DNA from: an uncultured bacterium | Lineage (GTDB): Bacteria; Omnitrophota; Omnitrophia; Omnitrophales; Aquincolibacteriaceae | Direction of reading: 5' to 3' | Assembly: GCA_964482725.1 (NCBI GenBank) | Contig: CAYZYT010000007.1 | Location: 19,875-83,874, forward strand | Length of the DNA stretch: 64,000 nucleotides | Part shown: one piece after another, positions 18,625 through 29,806 of the stretch | How positions within the stretch are numbered: the stretch's first letter is position 1 | Layout: each line of letters opens with the position of its first letter | Notes under the pieces: model-generated | What the model saw: only the letters and a program-made list of their open reading frames with translations | Database searches by the model: none | What the model was told of the DNA's origin: nothing | Program-made: the position numbers and the translations under genes

Positions 18625-20301
18625 ATGGGAATGTTCTGCTTTCAGTGCGAACAAACATCTAAAGGAAAAGGCTGCGACGTGAAGGGAGTTTGCGGGAAAA
18701 CGCCCGAGGTTGCGACGCTTCAGGATCTTTTGGTCCACGCGACAAAAGGGATCGCTATTTATGCGCATTTGGCTCGCGAGATCGGTGTGAAGGATTCGGC
18801 GGCGGATCATTTTGTGATCGAGGGTCTTTTTGCGACTGTGACGAATGTGGATTTTGATCCTAAAAGGCTTCAGGAGACGCTCCTGCGCGCTTATGCGATC
18901 AAGGAAAACATCAAAAAGCTTTTCCTGGACGCCTATAAAAAGAAGGTCGGGCATGATTTTGACGGGGAGCTTTCGGCCACGGCGTATTGGAAACCTGCAG
19001 ACAGTCTGGCGGGACTTGAAGAACAGGGAAGCAAGGTCGGCGTTCTCTCCGACAAAACATTGAATGAGGATATCCGGAGCCTTCGCGAGCTTCTTCTTTA
19101 CGGGCTCAAGGGGATGGCGGCCTATGCGGACCACGCGTATGTGCTGGGTCGGGAGGATGATGAGGTCACGGCGTTCTTCCATAAAGGGTTGCGCGCACTT
19201 ACCGACAACAGTTTGACCGTTGATGATCTTGTGGGGCTGAACATGCAGTTCGGGATGGTGAATCTCAAATGTCTCGAGCTTCTGGACAAGGCGCACACCG
19301 ATCATTTCGGGCATCCGGTGCCGACGGGCGTATCACTGGGTGTGAAAAAAGGGCCTGCGATCCTGGTGTCGGGGCATGATCTGCTCGATCTGGAACAGCT
19401 TCTTCAGCAGACGGAAGGCAAGGGTGTGAACATTTATACGCACGGCGAGATGCTGCCGGCGCACGGGTACCCGGGCCTTAAAAAATACAAGCATCTTGTC
19501 GCCAATTACGGCGGCGCGTGGCAGGACCAGGCCCAGGAATTCGACGCGTTTCCGGGTGCGATCCTCATGACCACGAATTGCATCCAGCAGCCGCGCGAAA
19601 GTTACAAGGGCCGGATCTTTACGACGGGTCTTGTGGCGTGGCCGGGGGTCGAGCACATCAATCCCGTGAACGGGAAAAAAGATTTTTCGGCGGTGATCAA
19701 GAAAGCGATCGCGGCCGGCGGTTTTTCTCAGGACATTCCCGCGAAGAACATCGTGGTCGGGTTTGGCCACAACGCGGTGCTGGGGGTTGCGGACAAGGTC
19801 ATTGGCGCAGTGAAAGCGGGACAGATCAAACATTTTTTCCTGGTGGGCGGATGCGACGGCGCGAAGCCCGGAAGAAATTACTACACGGAATTTGCTGAAC
19901 AGGCGCCTAAGGATACGGTGATCCTGACGCTTGCGTGTGGCAAATATCGTTTTAACAAGCTTGAGTTCGGGGATATCGGCGGCATCCCGAGACTTCTCGA
20001 TATGGGGCAGTGCAATGACGCTTATTCTGCGATCCAGGTAGCGGTCGCGTTGGCGAAAGCTTTCGGTTGCGGCGTGAACGATCTGCCGCTTTCGATGATC
20101 CTTTCCTGGTACGAGCAAAAGGCGGTCTGCATTCTGCTGACGCTTTTGGCGCTTGGGATCCAGAATATCCGGATCGGGCCTTCGCTTCCGGCGTTCGTCA
20201 GTGCGAACGTGCTCAGCGTGCTTGTCGAGAAGTTCAACATCAAGCCCGTGACCACGGCCAAAGAAGACCTCGCCGCGATCCTTGGGACTGTAAAAGCCTG
20301 A
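18625..20301 (+). CDS. hcp: hydroxylamine reductase / hybrid-cluster protein
   Basis: N-terminal Cys cluster MFCFQCEQTSKGKGCDVKGVCGKT, full-length 558 aa HCP architecture. Confidence 0.9.
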   Translation: MGMFCFQCEQTSKGKGCDVKGVCGKTPEVATLQDLLVHATKGIAIYAHLAREIGVKDSAADHFVIEGLFATVTNVDFDPKRLQETLLRAYAIKENIKKLFLDAYKKKVGHDFDGELSATAYWKPADSLAGLEEQGSKVGVLSDKTLNEDIRSLRELLLYGLKGMAAYADHAYVLGREDDEVTAFFHKGLRALTDNSLTVDDLVGLNMQFGMVNLKCLELLDKAHTDHFGHPVPTGVSLGVKKGPAILVSGHDLLDLEQLLQQTEGKGVNIYTHGEMLPAHGYPGLKKYKHLVANYGGAWQDQAQEFDAFPGAILMTTNCIQQPRESYKGRIFTTGLVAWPGVEHINPVNGKKDFSAVIKKAIAAGGFSQDIPAKNIVVGFGHNAVLGVADKVIGAVKAGQIKHFFLVGGCDGAKPGRNYYTEFAEQAPKDTVILTLACGKYRFNKLEFGDIGGIPRLLDMGQCNDAYSAIQVAVALAKAFGCGVNDLPLSMILSWYEQKAVCILLTLLALGIQNIRIGPSLPAFVSANVLSVLVEKFNIKPVTTAKEDLAAILGTVKA

Positions 20302-20327
20302 ATAGGCATCGCTGGGCTGCAATAAAA

Positions 20328-20665
20328 TCCCAATGCGAAGAGGTACGCTCGCGAGACGGAACGGGCACGGTGGCGGGCAGGAATCGTCCCTCGACACCGG
20401 CCGTTCACTCGCTCCAGCGGCGAGTGACAGCCTGAGCTCTCACTGATGGGACCTGCTAGCAGGACCCATCTCCCATCAGCTCCGAGAGCTGTCTCGAGAC
20501 GATTCCTGCCCGCCGAGTGAAGTCGGTCCCAATACCTATCAATTTTCACGAAGTGAAAATTGGGGCAGTCCTTGTTTACGATCAAGAGAAAAAATGACAA
20601 GGACGGCGCGCGAGCGAAGAGCGCCTCGCTGGGGCGATCTGAGCGATGACGAGGCGCATTGGGAT
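20328..20665. repeat. ~350-bp structured intergenic repeat, copy 2 (family A)
   Basis: Same modules as 3617-3985 but with the tcccaatacctatcaattttcacgaagtgaaaattggggc module relocated downstream of the long hairpin. Confidence 0.7.
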
Positions 20666-20795
20666 TGAAAGGTATGTTCTGTGGAAGGGAATCCGTTTGA
20701 TATGCGAAGGATTCCGTGATGTAATACAGCGCAATTTTTGGGACCCTCGCGGGGATACGACGTGGGGGTTTTTCTCTCTTAATAAAGGCGGAACT

Positions 20796-21593
20796 ATGGA
20801 ATCATCCCAATACAAATATATTTATGGGCCTGTTTCTTCCTGGAGATTGGGTCGTTCGCTTGGGATCGATCCGATCTCTTCCTTCCAGAAGATATGCACC
20901 TTTGATTGCGTGTATTGCCAGGCGGGGAGGACCGAGGTGCTCTCCAACAAACGTGAAGTTTTTGTCCCCACGGAAGTCCTGATGCATGAGCTGCGTTCCG
21001 TGCCTGATATTGCGCTCGACTATATCACCTTCGCGGGGAACGGCGAGCCGACGCTTGCGAAAAATCTCGGAGAAATGATCCGCGGGATCAAAATGTTCCG
21101 TACGGAGAAGATCGCGGTGATCACCAATGCCTCGCTGATCAACCGCACGGATGTGGCGGAAGACCTGTTGCTTGCGGATCTTGTGGAAGCCAAACTGGAC
21201 GCGTCCTCGGCCGGATCCTTTCAGTCGGTCAATCAACCCATGCCGGAGATCCTCTGGGAAGATATCGTGGAGGGGCTCAAGGCGTTCCGGAAGGTTTATC
21301 ACGGGCATTTGACCTTGCAGGTTATGTTCGTCGCGAGCAACAAGTCGTGCGCTGCGGCCCTTGCGAAGATCGCTCACCAGATCGGTCCTGAGGAAGTCGA
21401 GATCAACACACCTCTCCGGGCTTGTGCCGTGAAGCCGCTGTCGATCGGGGATATGGAAGAGATCACCGCGATCTTCCGCGGGATCTGCGGCGGCGCGATC
21501 AAAGTGCGAAGCGTCTATGAGGCGAAACGGGAGAAAAGCCTGCCGTTCTGCCAGCCCTCGACCGAGAGGCGGCGCGGGAAAGAGAATCCTTAA
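20796..21593 (+). CDS. radical SAM domain protein
   Basis: CxxxCxxC motif CTFDCVYCQ near N-terminus, glycine-rich SAM motif FAGNGEPTL; ATG 20796 (track ORF starts in repeat at 20646). Confidence 0.7.
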   Translation: MESSQYKYIYGPVSSWRLGRSLGIDPISSFQKICTFDCVYCQAGRTEVLSNKREVFVPTEVLMHELRSVPDIALDYITFAGNGEPTLAKNLGEMIRGIKMFRTEKIAVITNASLINRTDVAEDLLLADLVEAKLDASSAGSFQSVNQPMPEILWEDIVEGLKAFRKVYHGHLTLQVMFVASNKSCAAALAKIAHQIGPEEVEINTPLRACAVKPLSIGDMEEITAIFRGICGGAIKVRSVYEAKREKSLPFCQPSTERRRGKENP

Positions 21594-21653
21594 GCCGTAT
21601 TGCCATTGGCCGTAAAAAAAAGTAAACTGAGCACCTTTCGGAGCCATCATTAT

Positions 21654-22622
21654 ATGAAAGATCTTCCAAACGACGTGACAACGCAAGAGCTTCTCCGCCA
21701 GATCGCTCTTCTCAAGAAAGAGCGTGAGGCCGTGATCCTGGCGCACAATTATCAGCCGCCGGAGATCCAGGACCTTGCTGATTTTACCGGCGATTCGCTT
21801 GAGCTGAGCCGTATTGCGGCCAAAACTCCCGCCAAAGTGATCGTCTTCTGCGGCGTTCAGTTCATGGGGGAGACTGCCGCGATCCTTTCTCCCGATAAAA
21901 CCGTACTTCTGCCAGTCCTGGAAGCCGGCTGCACGCTGGCGGATTATGCAACGGCGGAGCGGCTCCGCGAGATGAAAGCGAAATATCCGGAGGCCGTGGT
22001 GGTGACCTACGTGAATAGCTCCGCCGAAGTGAAAGCGGAAACGGATATTTGCTGCACCTCCGCCAACGCGGTCCAGATCGTCGCTTCGATCGATTCTAAC
22101 CGGCCGATCCTTTTTGTGCCGGATTATAATTTAGGGCATTACGCGGCCAAGATGACAGGGCGCAGTGTGATCTTGTGGGATGGCTGCTGTCCGACGCACG
22201 CGCTTCTTTCAACCTTTGCCATCGCGAAGGCGAAGAAAAAATGGCCGGAAGCCCAAGTGATCATGCACCCGGAATGCAAGCCTGAGACTCTGGAACTGGC
22301 GGATTTTGTGGGAAGCACCTCGGGGATGCTCAGCTATGTCAAAACACAACCTGCGGGAACTTCTTTTATTGTCGGGACCGAGGTCGGGTTGCTTCACCGG
22401 CTTCAAAAGGAGAATCCGGACAAGGTGTTCCATGCGGCTTCGGACTATCTGATCTGCCCGATGATGAAGATGACGACCCTCAAAGATGTGAAGAACTCGC
22501 TTGAAAAGATGCAGTATGTCGTGAAAGTTGAAGCGTCTGTTCGTTTGCGTGCGAAAGCCGCGGTCGACGCCATGCTCGAATATACCGGCGCGGCTGCGAA
22601 AGTTGTGAAAAAAGAATCCTGA
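21654..22622 (+). CDS. nadA: quinolinate synthase
   Basis: NadA-typical N-terminus (AVILAHNYQ), conserved Cys residues, ~322 aa. Confidence 0.9.
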   Translation: MKDLPNDVTTQELLRQIALLKKEREAVILAHNYQPPEIQDLADFTGDSLELSRIAAKTPAKVIVFCGVQFMGETAAILSPDKTVLLPVLEAGCTLADYATAERLREMKAKYPEAVVVTYVNSSAEVKAETDICCTSANAVQIVASIDSNRPILFVPDYNLGHYAAKMTGRSVILWDGCCPTHALLSTFAIAKAKKKWPEAQVIMHPECKPETLELADFVGSTSGMLSYVKTQPAGTSFIVGTEVGLLHRLQKENPDKVFHAASDYLICPMMKMTTLKDVKNSLEKMQYVVKVEASVRLRAKAAVDAMLEYTGAAAKVVKKES

Positions 22623-22627
22623 AAAGC

Positions 22628-22690
22628 GCGTCATTCTGAGCGAAGCGAAGAATCTCGAAAGGAGATCCTTCACTCCGTTCAGGATGACGG
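22628..22690. repeat. short nested-hairpin element related to family B ends
   Basis: gcgtcattctgagcgaagcgaagaatctcgaaaggagatccttcactccgttcaggatgacgg: outer stem gtcattctgagcg/cgttcaggatgac, inner stem gaagaatctc/gagatccttc; sits between nadA stop and ilvD start. Confidence 0.5.
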
Positions 22691-22717
22691 GTATTATTCT
22701 AAGGGCCTGGGGGAACA

Positions 22718-24493
22718 ATGAGAAAAGCTGTAAATCCTGGAATCGAAGCTATTCAAAAACACGGAAGCCGCGTCGTTGGGGAAGGCATGCATATGCTGCC
22801 GGCGGCGGGGCTGATGGTGGCTGCCGGGGTGCTCGGGACCGTTGCCGACCGGAAGAAGAAATTTGTGACCGTGATCAATTCCTATACGACCCATATTCCG
22901 GGCCATGTTCATTTAAATGTTCTGGGCGAAAAGCTTGTCGCGGTGCTTAAGGCCAAAGGTTACAACGTTTGGTACGCGAATATCGGCGCGGCGATCTGCG
23001 ATGGGATTGCTATGGGCCACTTTGGGATGAAGTACTCGCTGCCTTCCCGCGAGCTGATCACGGATCAGATCGAAAGCATCATTGGCGCGCATCCTTGCGA
23101 CGGGTGGATCGGGATCGGCAATTGCGACAAGATCGTGCCGGGGATGATGAACGCCATGGTGCGCTTGAATATTCCCTCAGTCTATGTGAGCGGCGGGCCG
23201 ATGCTCGCGGGGCAAAAGAATACCGATCTCATTACGATCTTTGAGGGCGTGGGGAGCGAAGCGGCCGGCAAGATGTCCCCGGGCCAGCTTGAGGAGCTTG
23301 CCAATACCGCGTGCCGCACTTGTGGCAGCTGCGCGGGTATGTTCACGGCCAATTCCATGAACTGCCTTGCGGAAGCGATCGGCTTGGCGCAGCCGGGCAA
23401 TGGGACGATCCCTGCGGCCGCGTGGACCGATTCGAAAAAAACGGCTTGGGTCATCAATCCGGAACGTATCAAGCTGGTCGAACAGGCGGCGGATACTTTG
23501 GAGAACGCGCTTCTCAATAATATTCGTCCGCTGGATATTGTGACGAAAGCCTCGATTGATAATGCTTTTATCCTGGATCTTGCGATGGGAGGCTCCACGA
23601 ATACGATCCTCCATACTCTCGCGCTGGCTTGTGAGGCCGGGATCACTTATCCCATCAAACGTCTCAATCTCCTTGCGAAGCTTACGCCCACGGTCTGCAA
23701 AGTGTCGCCGTCGCGTCCGGAAATTCATTTGGAAGATGTGCATCGAGTGGGCGGTATCCCGGCCATTCTTAAGGCTGTTGAGATGAAAGGCGGGACGCTT
23801 TTGGATCTTGATATCAGGACGTGCCTGGGCAATCTTCGGGGTGTGGTGGAAAAGGCGCCTGATCCGGACGGCGATATCATTCGTTCCGGGGAGAAGGTCT
23901 TTTCGAAGGAAGGCGGACTCGCGGTTCTTTATGGCAATATTGCGCCGGAAGGTTCGGTGGTGAAGACTGCGGGGGTGGATAAAGATATGATGCAATTCAC
24001 CGGACGGGCGAAATGTTACGACTCTCAGGAAAGTGCGCTCGCGGCGATCTTGAAAGGCAAAGTGACGGACGGCGATGTGGTGGTGATCCGGTTCGAAGGT
24101 CCGAAAGGCGGGCCCGGGATGCAGGAGATGCTTTCACCGACCTCGGCTTTGAAAGGACGCGGTATCAAGGCAGCGCTGATCACGGACGGTCGTTTCTCCG
24201 GCGGAACGCGCGGGCTTTGTATCGGACATATTTCTCCGGAGGCGGCTGCCGGCGGGCCGATCGCGATCATCAAGAATGGTGACATCATCAAGATCGATGC
24301 TTGGAAAAGGACGATGGATGTGGAGCTCCCGGCCAAGGAGATCAAAAAAAGGCTTTCCAAGCTCAAGCCATTCACGCCCAAGGTCACGGGCGGATGGCTC
24401 GGACGATATGCCCGCCATGTCTTAAGCGCTCACACGGGCGCCGTGATGGATAACGTGGTTCTCAATTCAAACAAGAAAAAAGGGAGATCCTAA
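22718..24493 (+). CDS. ilvD: dihydroxy-acid dehydratase
   Basis: IlvD/EDD family signatures [31 protein letters not shown], 591 aa. Confidence 0.9.
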   Translation: MRKAVNPGIEAIQKHGSRVVGEGMHMLPAAGLMVAAGVLGTVADRKKKFVTVINSYTTHIPGHVHLNVLGEKLVAVLKAKGYNVWYANIGAAICDGIAMGHFGMKYSLPSRELITDQIESIIGAHPCDGWIGIGNCDKIVPGMMNAMVRLNIPSVYVSGGPMLAGQKNTDLITIFEGVGSEAAGKMSPGQLEELANTACRTCGSCAGMFTANSMNCLAEAIGLAQPGNGTIPAAAWTDSKKTAWVINPERIKLVEQAADTLENALLNNIRPLDIVTKASIDNAFILDLAMGGSTNTILHTLALACEAGITYPIKRLNLLAKLTPTVCKVSPSRPEIHLEDVHRVGGIPAILKAVEMKGGTLLDLDIRTCLGNLRGVVEKAPDPDGDIIRSGEKVFSKEGGLAVLYGNIAPEGSVVKTAGVDKDMMQFTGRAKCYDSQESALAAILKGKVTDGDVVVIRFEGPKGGPGMQEMLSPTSALKGRGIKAALITDGRFSGGTRGLCIGHISPEAAAGGPIAIIKNGDIIKIDAWKRTMDVELPAKEIKKRLSKLKPFTPKVTGGWLGRYARHVLSAHTGAVMDNVVLNSNKKKGRS

Positions 24494-24494
24494 A

Positions 24495-24983
24495 ATGATC
24501 AGTAAGAAAATGACCGCACTTTTGAACGACCAGTTAAACTTCGAAATGCACTCGGCTTATGTTTATCTCGGGATGGTTGCCTATGCTTCTTCTCTCGGTC
24601 TGAATGGGATCGCCGGTTGGTTCAGGATCCAGGTGAAGGAAGAACTGGAGCATGCCGGGAAATTTTTCGGGTACATTCAGCAGCAGAGCGGCGAGGTTGA
24701 ACTCAAGGATATCGCAGCAAGCAAGCTGGAGTTTGCGACCGCGGCATCGCTTTTTGAGGAATCCCTGAAGCATGAGAGGAAAGTCACCAAAAGGATCCAG
24801 GACCTCACGGCTGCGGCCAAGAAAGAGAATGACTATTCGACAGATTCTTTTCTTCTTTGGTTCCTGAATGAGCAGGTTGAGGAAGAGGCTCAGCTCACAG
24901 ACATTCTTCAGAAGCTCGCGATCGGCGGCAAAACCGGAAATTCGCTCCTGATCCTTGACGGGATTCTGGGTCAAAGGAAATAA
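24495..24983 (+). CDS. ferritin-like iron storage protein
   Basis: Four-helix-bundle ferritin pattern (E...EEELEHAGKF...), 162 aa; ATG overlaps ilvD stop. Confidence 0.75.
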   Translation: MISKKMTALLNDQLNFEMHSAYVYLGMVAYASSLGLNGIAGWFRIQVKEELEHAGKFFGYIQQQSGEVELKDIAASKLEFATAASLFEESLKHERKVTKRIQDLTAAAKKENDYSTDSFLLWFLNEQVEEEAQLTDILQKLAIGGKTGNSLLILDGILGQRK

Positions 24984-24997
24984 AGGGAGGAGTTCCG

Positions 24998-26191
24998 ATG
25001 AAAGCGATCCCGATTGCGGAGAATATCTGGTGGGTCGGAGCGATCGACTGGCATGCCCATCATTTTCACGGGCAGACTTTTACCACGAAGCGCGGCACGA
25101 CTTATAATGCCTACCTGATCCTGGATGAGAAGATCACGCTGATCGATACGGTGTACGGTCCTTTTGCGGAGGAAATGCTCCAGAGGATCCGCTCCGTCAT
25201 TCCGGTCGAGAAGATCGATACGGTGATCGTCAATCACATTGAGCCGGATCACTCCGGTGCTTTGCCCTCCTTGGTCAAGCTTTGCCCGAGTGCCAAACTC
25301 TACGGAAGTGCGCGAGCGGGACAGGGGCTGGAACGCTATTACCAGCAAAAATTCAATTTCCATGCGGTGAAAACCGGCGACAAATTAAGCCTCGGAAAAA
25401 GGACGCTTAATTTTATCGAGATCCCGATGATCCATTGGCCGGATAGCATGATGAGCTATCTCTCGGAAGACCAGATTCTCTTTTCCAACGACGCCTTCGG
25501 CCAGCATTACGCGACGAGCGAACGTTTCGATGACGAAGTGCCGCAGGAGACTCTCATGGAAGAAGCGGGGAAGTATTATGCCGGCATTTTGTGGCCCTTC
25601 AGCCATTTGATCGGCCAGAGGCTCTCGGAGATCGAAAAGATGGCCATCCCCATCAAAATGATCGCGACCTCCCATGGCCTGAGCTGGCGGAAAGATCCAG
25701 GAAAGATCATTCAGGCTTATAAGCGCTGGGCCACGAATGCGACGACGCCGAAGATCGTGGTGGTCTATGAAACGATGTGGGGCTCCACCGCGAAGATGGC
25801 GCAAAAGATCGTGGAAGGGATAAACGACGCCGGGGTGAAATACGAACTTTATGACATGGCGCAAGCGGATCGCACCGAAGTGATCCACGATATGCTCGAT
25901 GCCAAGGCTTTTATCGTCGGTTCCTCGAACCACGATAGCGGCATTCTCCCGAACATGACCTCGTTTATGGAAATGCTCAAAGGCCTGCATCCCAAGAACC
26001 GCATCGGTTGTGCCTTTGGTTCTTACGGATGGTCCGGGATCGCGATCCAATCGTTGCAGAACACGCTCGCCGCAGCGGGGGTGGAGATCGTCCAGCCGTT
26101 GCTTTCGGTCGTTTATGCCCCCGATGAAGCGCAGCTTGCGGCTTGTTATGAACTCGGTCAAAAAATGGCGGAACTCGTTCTTAAAAAATAA
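24998..26191 (+). CDS. flavodiiron protein (metallo-beta-lactamase fold + flavodoxin; O2/NO reductase)
   Basis: Diiron site HxExDH (NHIEPDHSGA), flavodoxin-like C-terminal half, 397 aa. Confidence 0.85.
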   Translation: MKAIPIAENIWWVGAIDWHAHHFHGQTFTTKRGTTYNAYLILDEKITLIDTVYGPFAEEMLQRIRSVIPVEKIDTVIVNHIEPDHSGALPSLVKLCPSAKLYGSARAGQGLERYYQQKFNFHAVKTGDKLSLGKRTLNFIEIPMIHWPDSMMSYLSEDQILFSNDAFGQHYATSERFDDEVPQETLMEEAGKYYAGILWPFSHLIGQRLSEIEKMAIPIKMIATSHGLSWRKDPGKIIQAYKRWATNATTPKIVVVYETMWGSTAKMAQKIVEGINDAGVKYELYDMAQADRTEVIHDMLDAKAFIVGSSNHDSGILPNMTSFMEMLKGLHPKNRIGCAFGSYGWSGIAIQSLQNTLAAAGVEIVQPLLSVVYAPDEAQLAACYELGQKMAELVLKK

Positions 26192-26202
26192 TTGATCATA
26201 AG

Positions 26203-26232
26203 GGACGGTTCTCCCGCCGAGAACCGTCCCTG
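26203..26232. repeat. 30-bp perfect hairpin element gggacggttctc-ccgcc-gagaaccgtccc
   Basis: 12-bp perfect stem; near-identical copy at 36780-36809 inside the sufD reading frame; both followed by tgag; no T-run so not a classical terminator. Confidence 0.5.
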
Positions 26233-26250
26233 AGAAGCAGGATGTGAACT

Positions 26251-26745
26251 ATGGAAACCTTGGATGCTCTCGCGAAGCGCGCAAGTGCCCGCGACTACAT
26301 GAACCAGCCCGTTCCCAAAGACATGCTGGAAAAGCTCGTCGATGCGGGACGGCGTGCGCCGAGTGCCCGGGCGGTGGAGCCCTGGGAATTCGTGGTGATC
26401 ACGGAGCGAGCGACGCTCGACAAGCTCGCAGGGATCATCAGCACCGGAGTGTTCCTCAAACAAGCGACGGCCTGCGTGGTGGTTTTCTGCCAAGACACAA
26501 AATATTATCTCGAAGATGGTTCCGCGGCGACAGAGAATATCCTTCTCGCGGCCACAGACCTGGGGCTGGGCACCTGCTGGATCGCGGGGGATAAAAAAGA
26601 ATATTGCGAAGAAGTCTCCAAGCTCCTTGGTGCTCCCGCGCACCTCAAGCTCATCAGTCTGATTTCGGTCGGCTGGGCCGTCCGCGAACCCAAGCAGCGC
26701 AAACGCCGCACCCTCTCCGAAGTCCTCCACTGGGAAAAGATCTGA
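26251..26745 (+). CDS. nitroreductase family protein
   Basis: N-terminal RRSxRxY-type motif (KRASARDYMNQPV), 164 aa. Confidence 0.8.
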   Translation: METLDALAKRASARDYMNQPVPKDMLEKLVDAGRRAPSARAVEPWEFVVITERATLDKLAGIISTGVFLKQATACVVVFCQDTKYYLEDGSAATENILLAATDLGLGTCWIAGDKKEYCEEVSKLLGAPAHLKLISLISVGWAVREPKQRKRRTLSEVLHWEKI

Positions 26746-26904
26746 TCGCGTAGGGGGGAAGGCTTTTCGCGAGGTCTTTTACGCCCGACAGAAAAGAGAT
26801 GCAAAGGGGGGGGATTTAACGTATAGTACCGCATCAAAAATGATGTCCCCCTCTGGGGCGCTTCGTTCTGGGGGGCGTGCAGCATAACAGGGAGATTCAC
26901 CGTA

Positions 26905-27105
26905 ATGGCAAAAGGTAAAGTGAAGTGGTTCAATAATCAAAAAGGTTATGGATTCATCACGCCTGAGAATGGCGCCGATGTGTTTGTCCATCACACTGCG
27001 ATCCAGGGCGAAGGCTATAAGTCTTTAGAAGAAGGTCAGGCCGTGGAGTTCGAGATCACCCAAGGTCCTAAGGGCGATCAAGCGGTCAACGTCGTCAAGG
27101 CGTAA
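26905..27105 (+). CDS. cspA: cold-shock protein (CspA family)
   Basis: [34 protein letters not shown]; RNP1/RNP2 motifs; long 5' UTR typical of csp genes. Confidence 0.9.
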   Translation: MAKGKVKWFNNQKGYGFITPENGADVFVHHTAIQGEGYKSLEEGQAVEFEITQGPKGDQAVNVVKA

Positions 27106-27118
27106 AAGTCCGTAAAGT

Positions 27119-27154
27119 CCAGGGCCCGGTTTTAAAGCCGGGCCCTGGTTTTTT
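27119..27154 (+). terminator. rho-independent terminator after cspA
   Basis: ccagggcccgg-ttttaaag-ccgggccctgg-tttttt. Confidence 0.75.
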
Positions 27155-27248
27155 ATCCCTTGGTTCAGAATCAAATTCCTCCAGTTTTCACTCAGAAATT
27201 TTCCTGAAAAGCCGGGGCTCTCGTTCTGGCTTTTTCAATTAAGGACCT

Positions 27249-29102
27249 ATGACGACCCAGAAAAGACGTAAAGATGTCCGGAATGTCGCTATTGTCGCTC
27301 ACGTTGACCACGGCAAGACCACGCTTGTCGATGCGCTTTTAAAACAGAGCGGTGCTTACAAGTTCGAGGAAGGCGAATCCACGATCATGGATTCGAACGA
27401 CCTGGAACGCGAGCGCGGCATCACGATCTTTTCCAAGAACGCCTCCTTCCGTTACAAGGATGTCCAGTTCAATATCGTTGATACCCCCGGCCATGCGGAT
27501 TTCGGAAGCGAAGTCGAGCGCATTCTTAAAATGGTCGATGGGGTGCTTCTGTTGGTCGACGCCTATGACGGGCCGATGCCTCAGACCAAGTTTGTTTTGA
27601 AAAAATCCCTCGCCCTGCATTTAAAACCTATTTTGGTGGTCAATAAGATCGATCGGGCGAATTGCCGTCCGCACGAAGTGGCGGACATGACCTTTGATCT
27701 TTTTTGCGAATTGAACGCGACCGAAGAACAGCTGGATTTTCCGATCGTTTACGCTTCGGGACGGGAAGGTTGGGCTGCGCTGGACCTTGAGGATGAACGC
27801 AAGGATATGACGCCGCTTCTCGAGACCATTTTGCACCGCGTGCTGCCGCCGATCGCCGATCCCGAACAGCCATTCCAGATGCTTGTGACCATGCTGGATT
27901 ATGATAATTATGTCGGGCGTATTGCGATCGGACGTATTGCTCATGGACAGATCCGTTATGGTGATTCCATGGTCGTGGTGAAACATGGAGGGGAAGTGAT
28001 CCGCGGTAAGGTGACCAAGATCCTGAAGTATCAAGGACTCAAACGCATTGAGGCTCAGGACGCGATGGCGGGGGATATTATCTCGATCGCCGGGATCGAT
28101 GATATCAAGGTGGGAGAAACGCTGGCCGATCCGAACAAGCCTGAGGCGTTGCCGACCATCAAGATCGATGAGCCGACGATCTCTATGAATTTTTCACACA
28201 ACACCAGCCCCTTGGCTGGAAAAGACGGCGGCCGGTTCCTGACCTCCCGCCACATCCGTGACCGGCTGGCGCATGAAGCCATGATGAATGTCGGCGTGAA
28301 GGTGGAAGAAGTGGAAGGCGGGGAGCGCTTTAAGGTTTCCGGACGAGGAGAGTTGCATCTTGCGATCCTGATCGAGACGATGCGCCGCGAAGGCTATGAG
28401 CTGGAGGTTTCGCCTCCCAAAGTCATTGTAAAAACGATCGAGGGAGAACTCTACGAACCTGTGGAAGAAGTCACCATCGAAGTGGATCCCGGCTATCAGG
28501 GTTCTGTGATCGAAGCTCTAGGGAAACGTCGCGCTGAGATGAAGCATATGGCCATGAGTGCGGTAGGGGGAACGGTGCGTATGGAATTTTTGGTCGCATC
28601 ACGCGCGCTCCTGGGTTTCCGCAACGAATTCATGGTGATGACGCGCGGCACCGGGATGATGTATCAGAATTTTTTTGAATACCAGCCGTTCAAGGGTGAA
28701 ATGCCTGAGCGTCAATCCGGGGTGCAGATCTCCCAATTTGACGGCAAGGCGGTCGCCTATTCGCTTTGGGGTCTCCAGGAACGCGGGGAGATCTTTGTTC
28801 AACCCGGTACGATCCTATACGAAGGGATGATCATCGGCGTGAACAATAAAGGCCATGACCTGGTCGTGAACGCGATCCGTGAGAAAAAGCAGACCAATAT
28901 GCGCTCCTCCGGCGCCGATGAAGCGATCCAGCTGATCACCCCCAGGGAAATAACCTTGGAATTTGCCCTCGAGTTCATCGAAGAGGACGAGCTTGTGGAG
29001 ATCACGCCGAAGAATGTCCGGCTGCGTAAAAGGTATCTGACCGAGAACGAGCGTAAGGCGATGGCGCGTGTGGCCGTGGGCAAACGCCTCGGTTCGTCTT
29101 AG
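27249..29102 (+). CDS. typA: translational GTPase TypA/BipA
   Basis: G1 [11 protein letters not shown]3 [13 protein letters not shown]4; 617 aa. Confidence 0.9.
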   Translation: MTTQKRRKDVRNVAIVAHVDHGKTTLVDALLKQSGAYKFEEGESTIMDSNDLERERGITIFSKNASFRYKDVQFNIVDTPGHADFGSEVERILKMVDGVLLLVDAYDGPMPQTKFVLKKSLALHLKPILVVNKIDRANCRPHEVADMTFDLFCELNATEEQLDFPIVYASGREGWAALDLEDERKDMTPLLETILHRVLPPIADPEQPFQMLVTMLDYDNYVGRIAIGRIAHGQIRYGDSMVVVKHGGEVIRGKVTKILKYQGLKRIEAQDAMAGDIISIAGIDDIKVGETLADPNKPEALPTIKIDEPTISMNFSHNTSPLAGKDGGRFLTSRHIRDRLAHEAMMNVGVKVEEVEGGERFKVSGRGELHLAILIETMRREGYELEVSPPKVIVKTIEGELYEPVEEVTIEVDPGYQGSVIEALGKRRAEMKHMAMSAVGGTVRMEFLVASRALLGFRNEFMVMTRGTGMMYQNFFEYQPFKGEMPERQSGVQISQFDGKAVAYSLWGLQERGEIFVQPGTILYEGMIIGVNNKGHDLVVNAIREKKQTNMRSSGADEAIQLITPREITLEFALEFIEEDELVEITPKNVRLRKRYLTENERKAMARVAVGKRLGSS

Positions 29103-29134
29103 CTCGAACTATCCAAAAAGAGAAAGGAAAAGCT

Positions 29135-29743
29135 ATGAAAAAATGGTTCCTGCTTTCTTATTGTCTTCTTCTTGCGGGATGCGCGTCGCAAGCTCCCCAA
29201 GTTGTCCCGGTTGCGACACCGGTTCCAGTGACGAACGTCGCTTCGACACCAACCCCTGAAACAGCAAAGGATGACACTATCGTGAAGATCAAGATCGAAA
29301 CCACGCTGGGAGATATTTACGCGGATCTGTATGAAGCGGAAGCGCCGAAGACGGTGGAGAATTTTGTGACGCTCGCAAAAAAAGGTTTTTATGACGGGAT
29401 CATTTTTCATCGCGTCATTCCGAATTTTATGATCCAGACCGGTGATCCGACAGGCACGGGCATGGGCGGGCCGGGGTATCAGTTTAAAGATGAGTTTTCA
29501 AGCAAGCTGCGTCATGACAAACCGGGCGTGCTTTCCATGGCGAATTCCGGGCCCAATACCAATGGCAGTCAGTTCTTTATCACGGAGGTTCCGACTCCTC
29601 ACCTCGATAACCGTCATTCGGTCTTCGGTCAGGTGACCGGAGGGATGGACGTGGTGCTCGCGATTGCCAACGCGCCTCGAGACCGACAGGACAAGCCGGT
29701 TACGAAGATCGCGATGAATAAAGTCGTCGTCCTTTCAAAATAA
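29135..29743 (+). CDS. peptidyl-prolyl cis-trans isomerase (cyclophilin type), lipoprotein
   Basis: Lipoprotein signal [16 protein letters not shown]; cyclophilin core [25 protein letters not shown]...[14 protein letters not shown]. Confidence 0.85.
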   Translation: MKKWFLLSYCLLLAGCASQAPQVVPVATPVPVTNVASTPTPETAKDDTIVKIKIETTLGDIYADLYEAEAPKTVENFVTLAKKGFYDGIIFHRVIPNFMIQTGDPTGTGMGGPGYQFKDEFSSKLRHDKPGVLSMANSGPNTNGSQFFITEVPTPHLDNRHSVFGQVTGGMDVVLAIANAPRDRQDKPVTKIAMNKVVVLSK

Positions 29744-29753
29744 TGTTTTAAAA

Positions 29754-29793
29754 GGGACAGTCCCCGTTTTTGCTGGGGGCCGTCCCTTTTTTT
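29754..29793 (+). terminator. rho-independent terminator after PPIase gene
   Basis: gggacagtcccc-gtttttgct-gggggccgtccc-ttttttt (10/12 bp stem). Confidence 0.6.
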
Positions 29794-29806
29794 GTTCGGG
29801 GGGATC

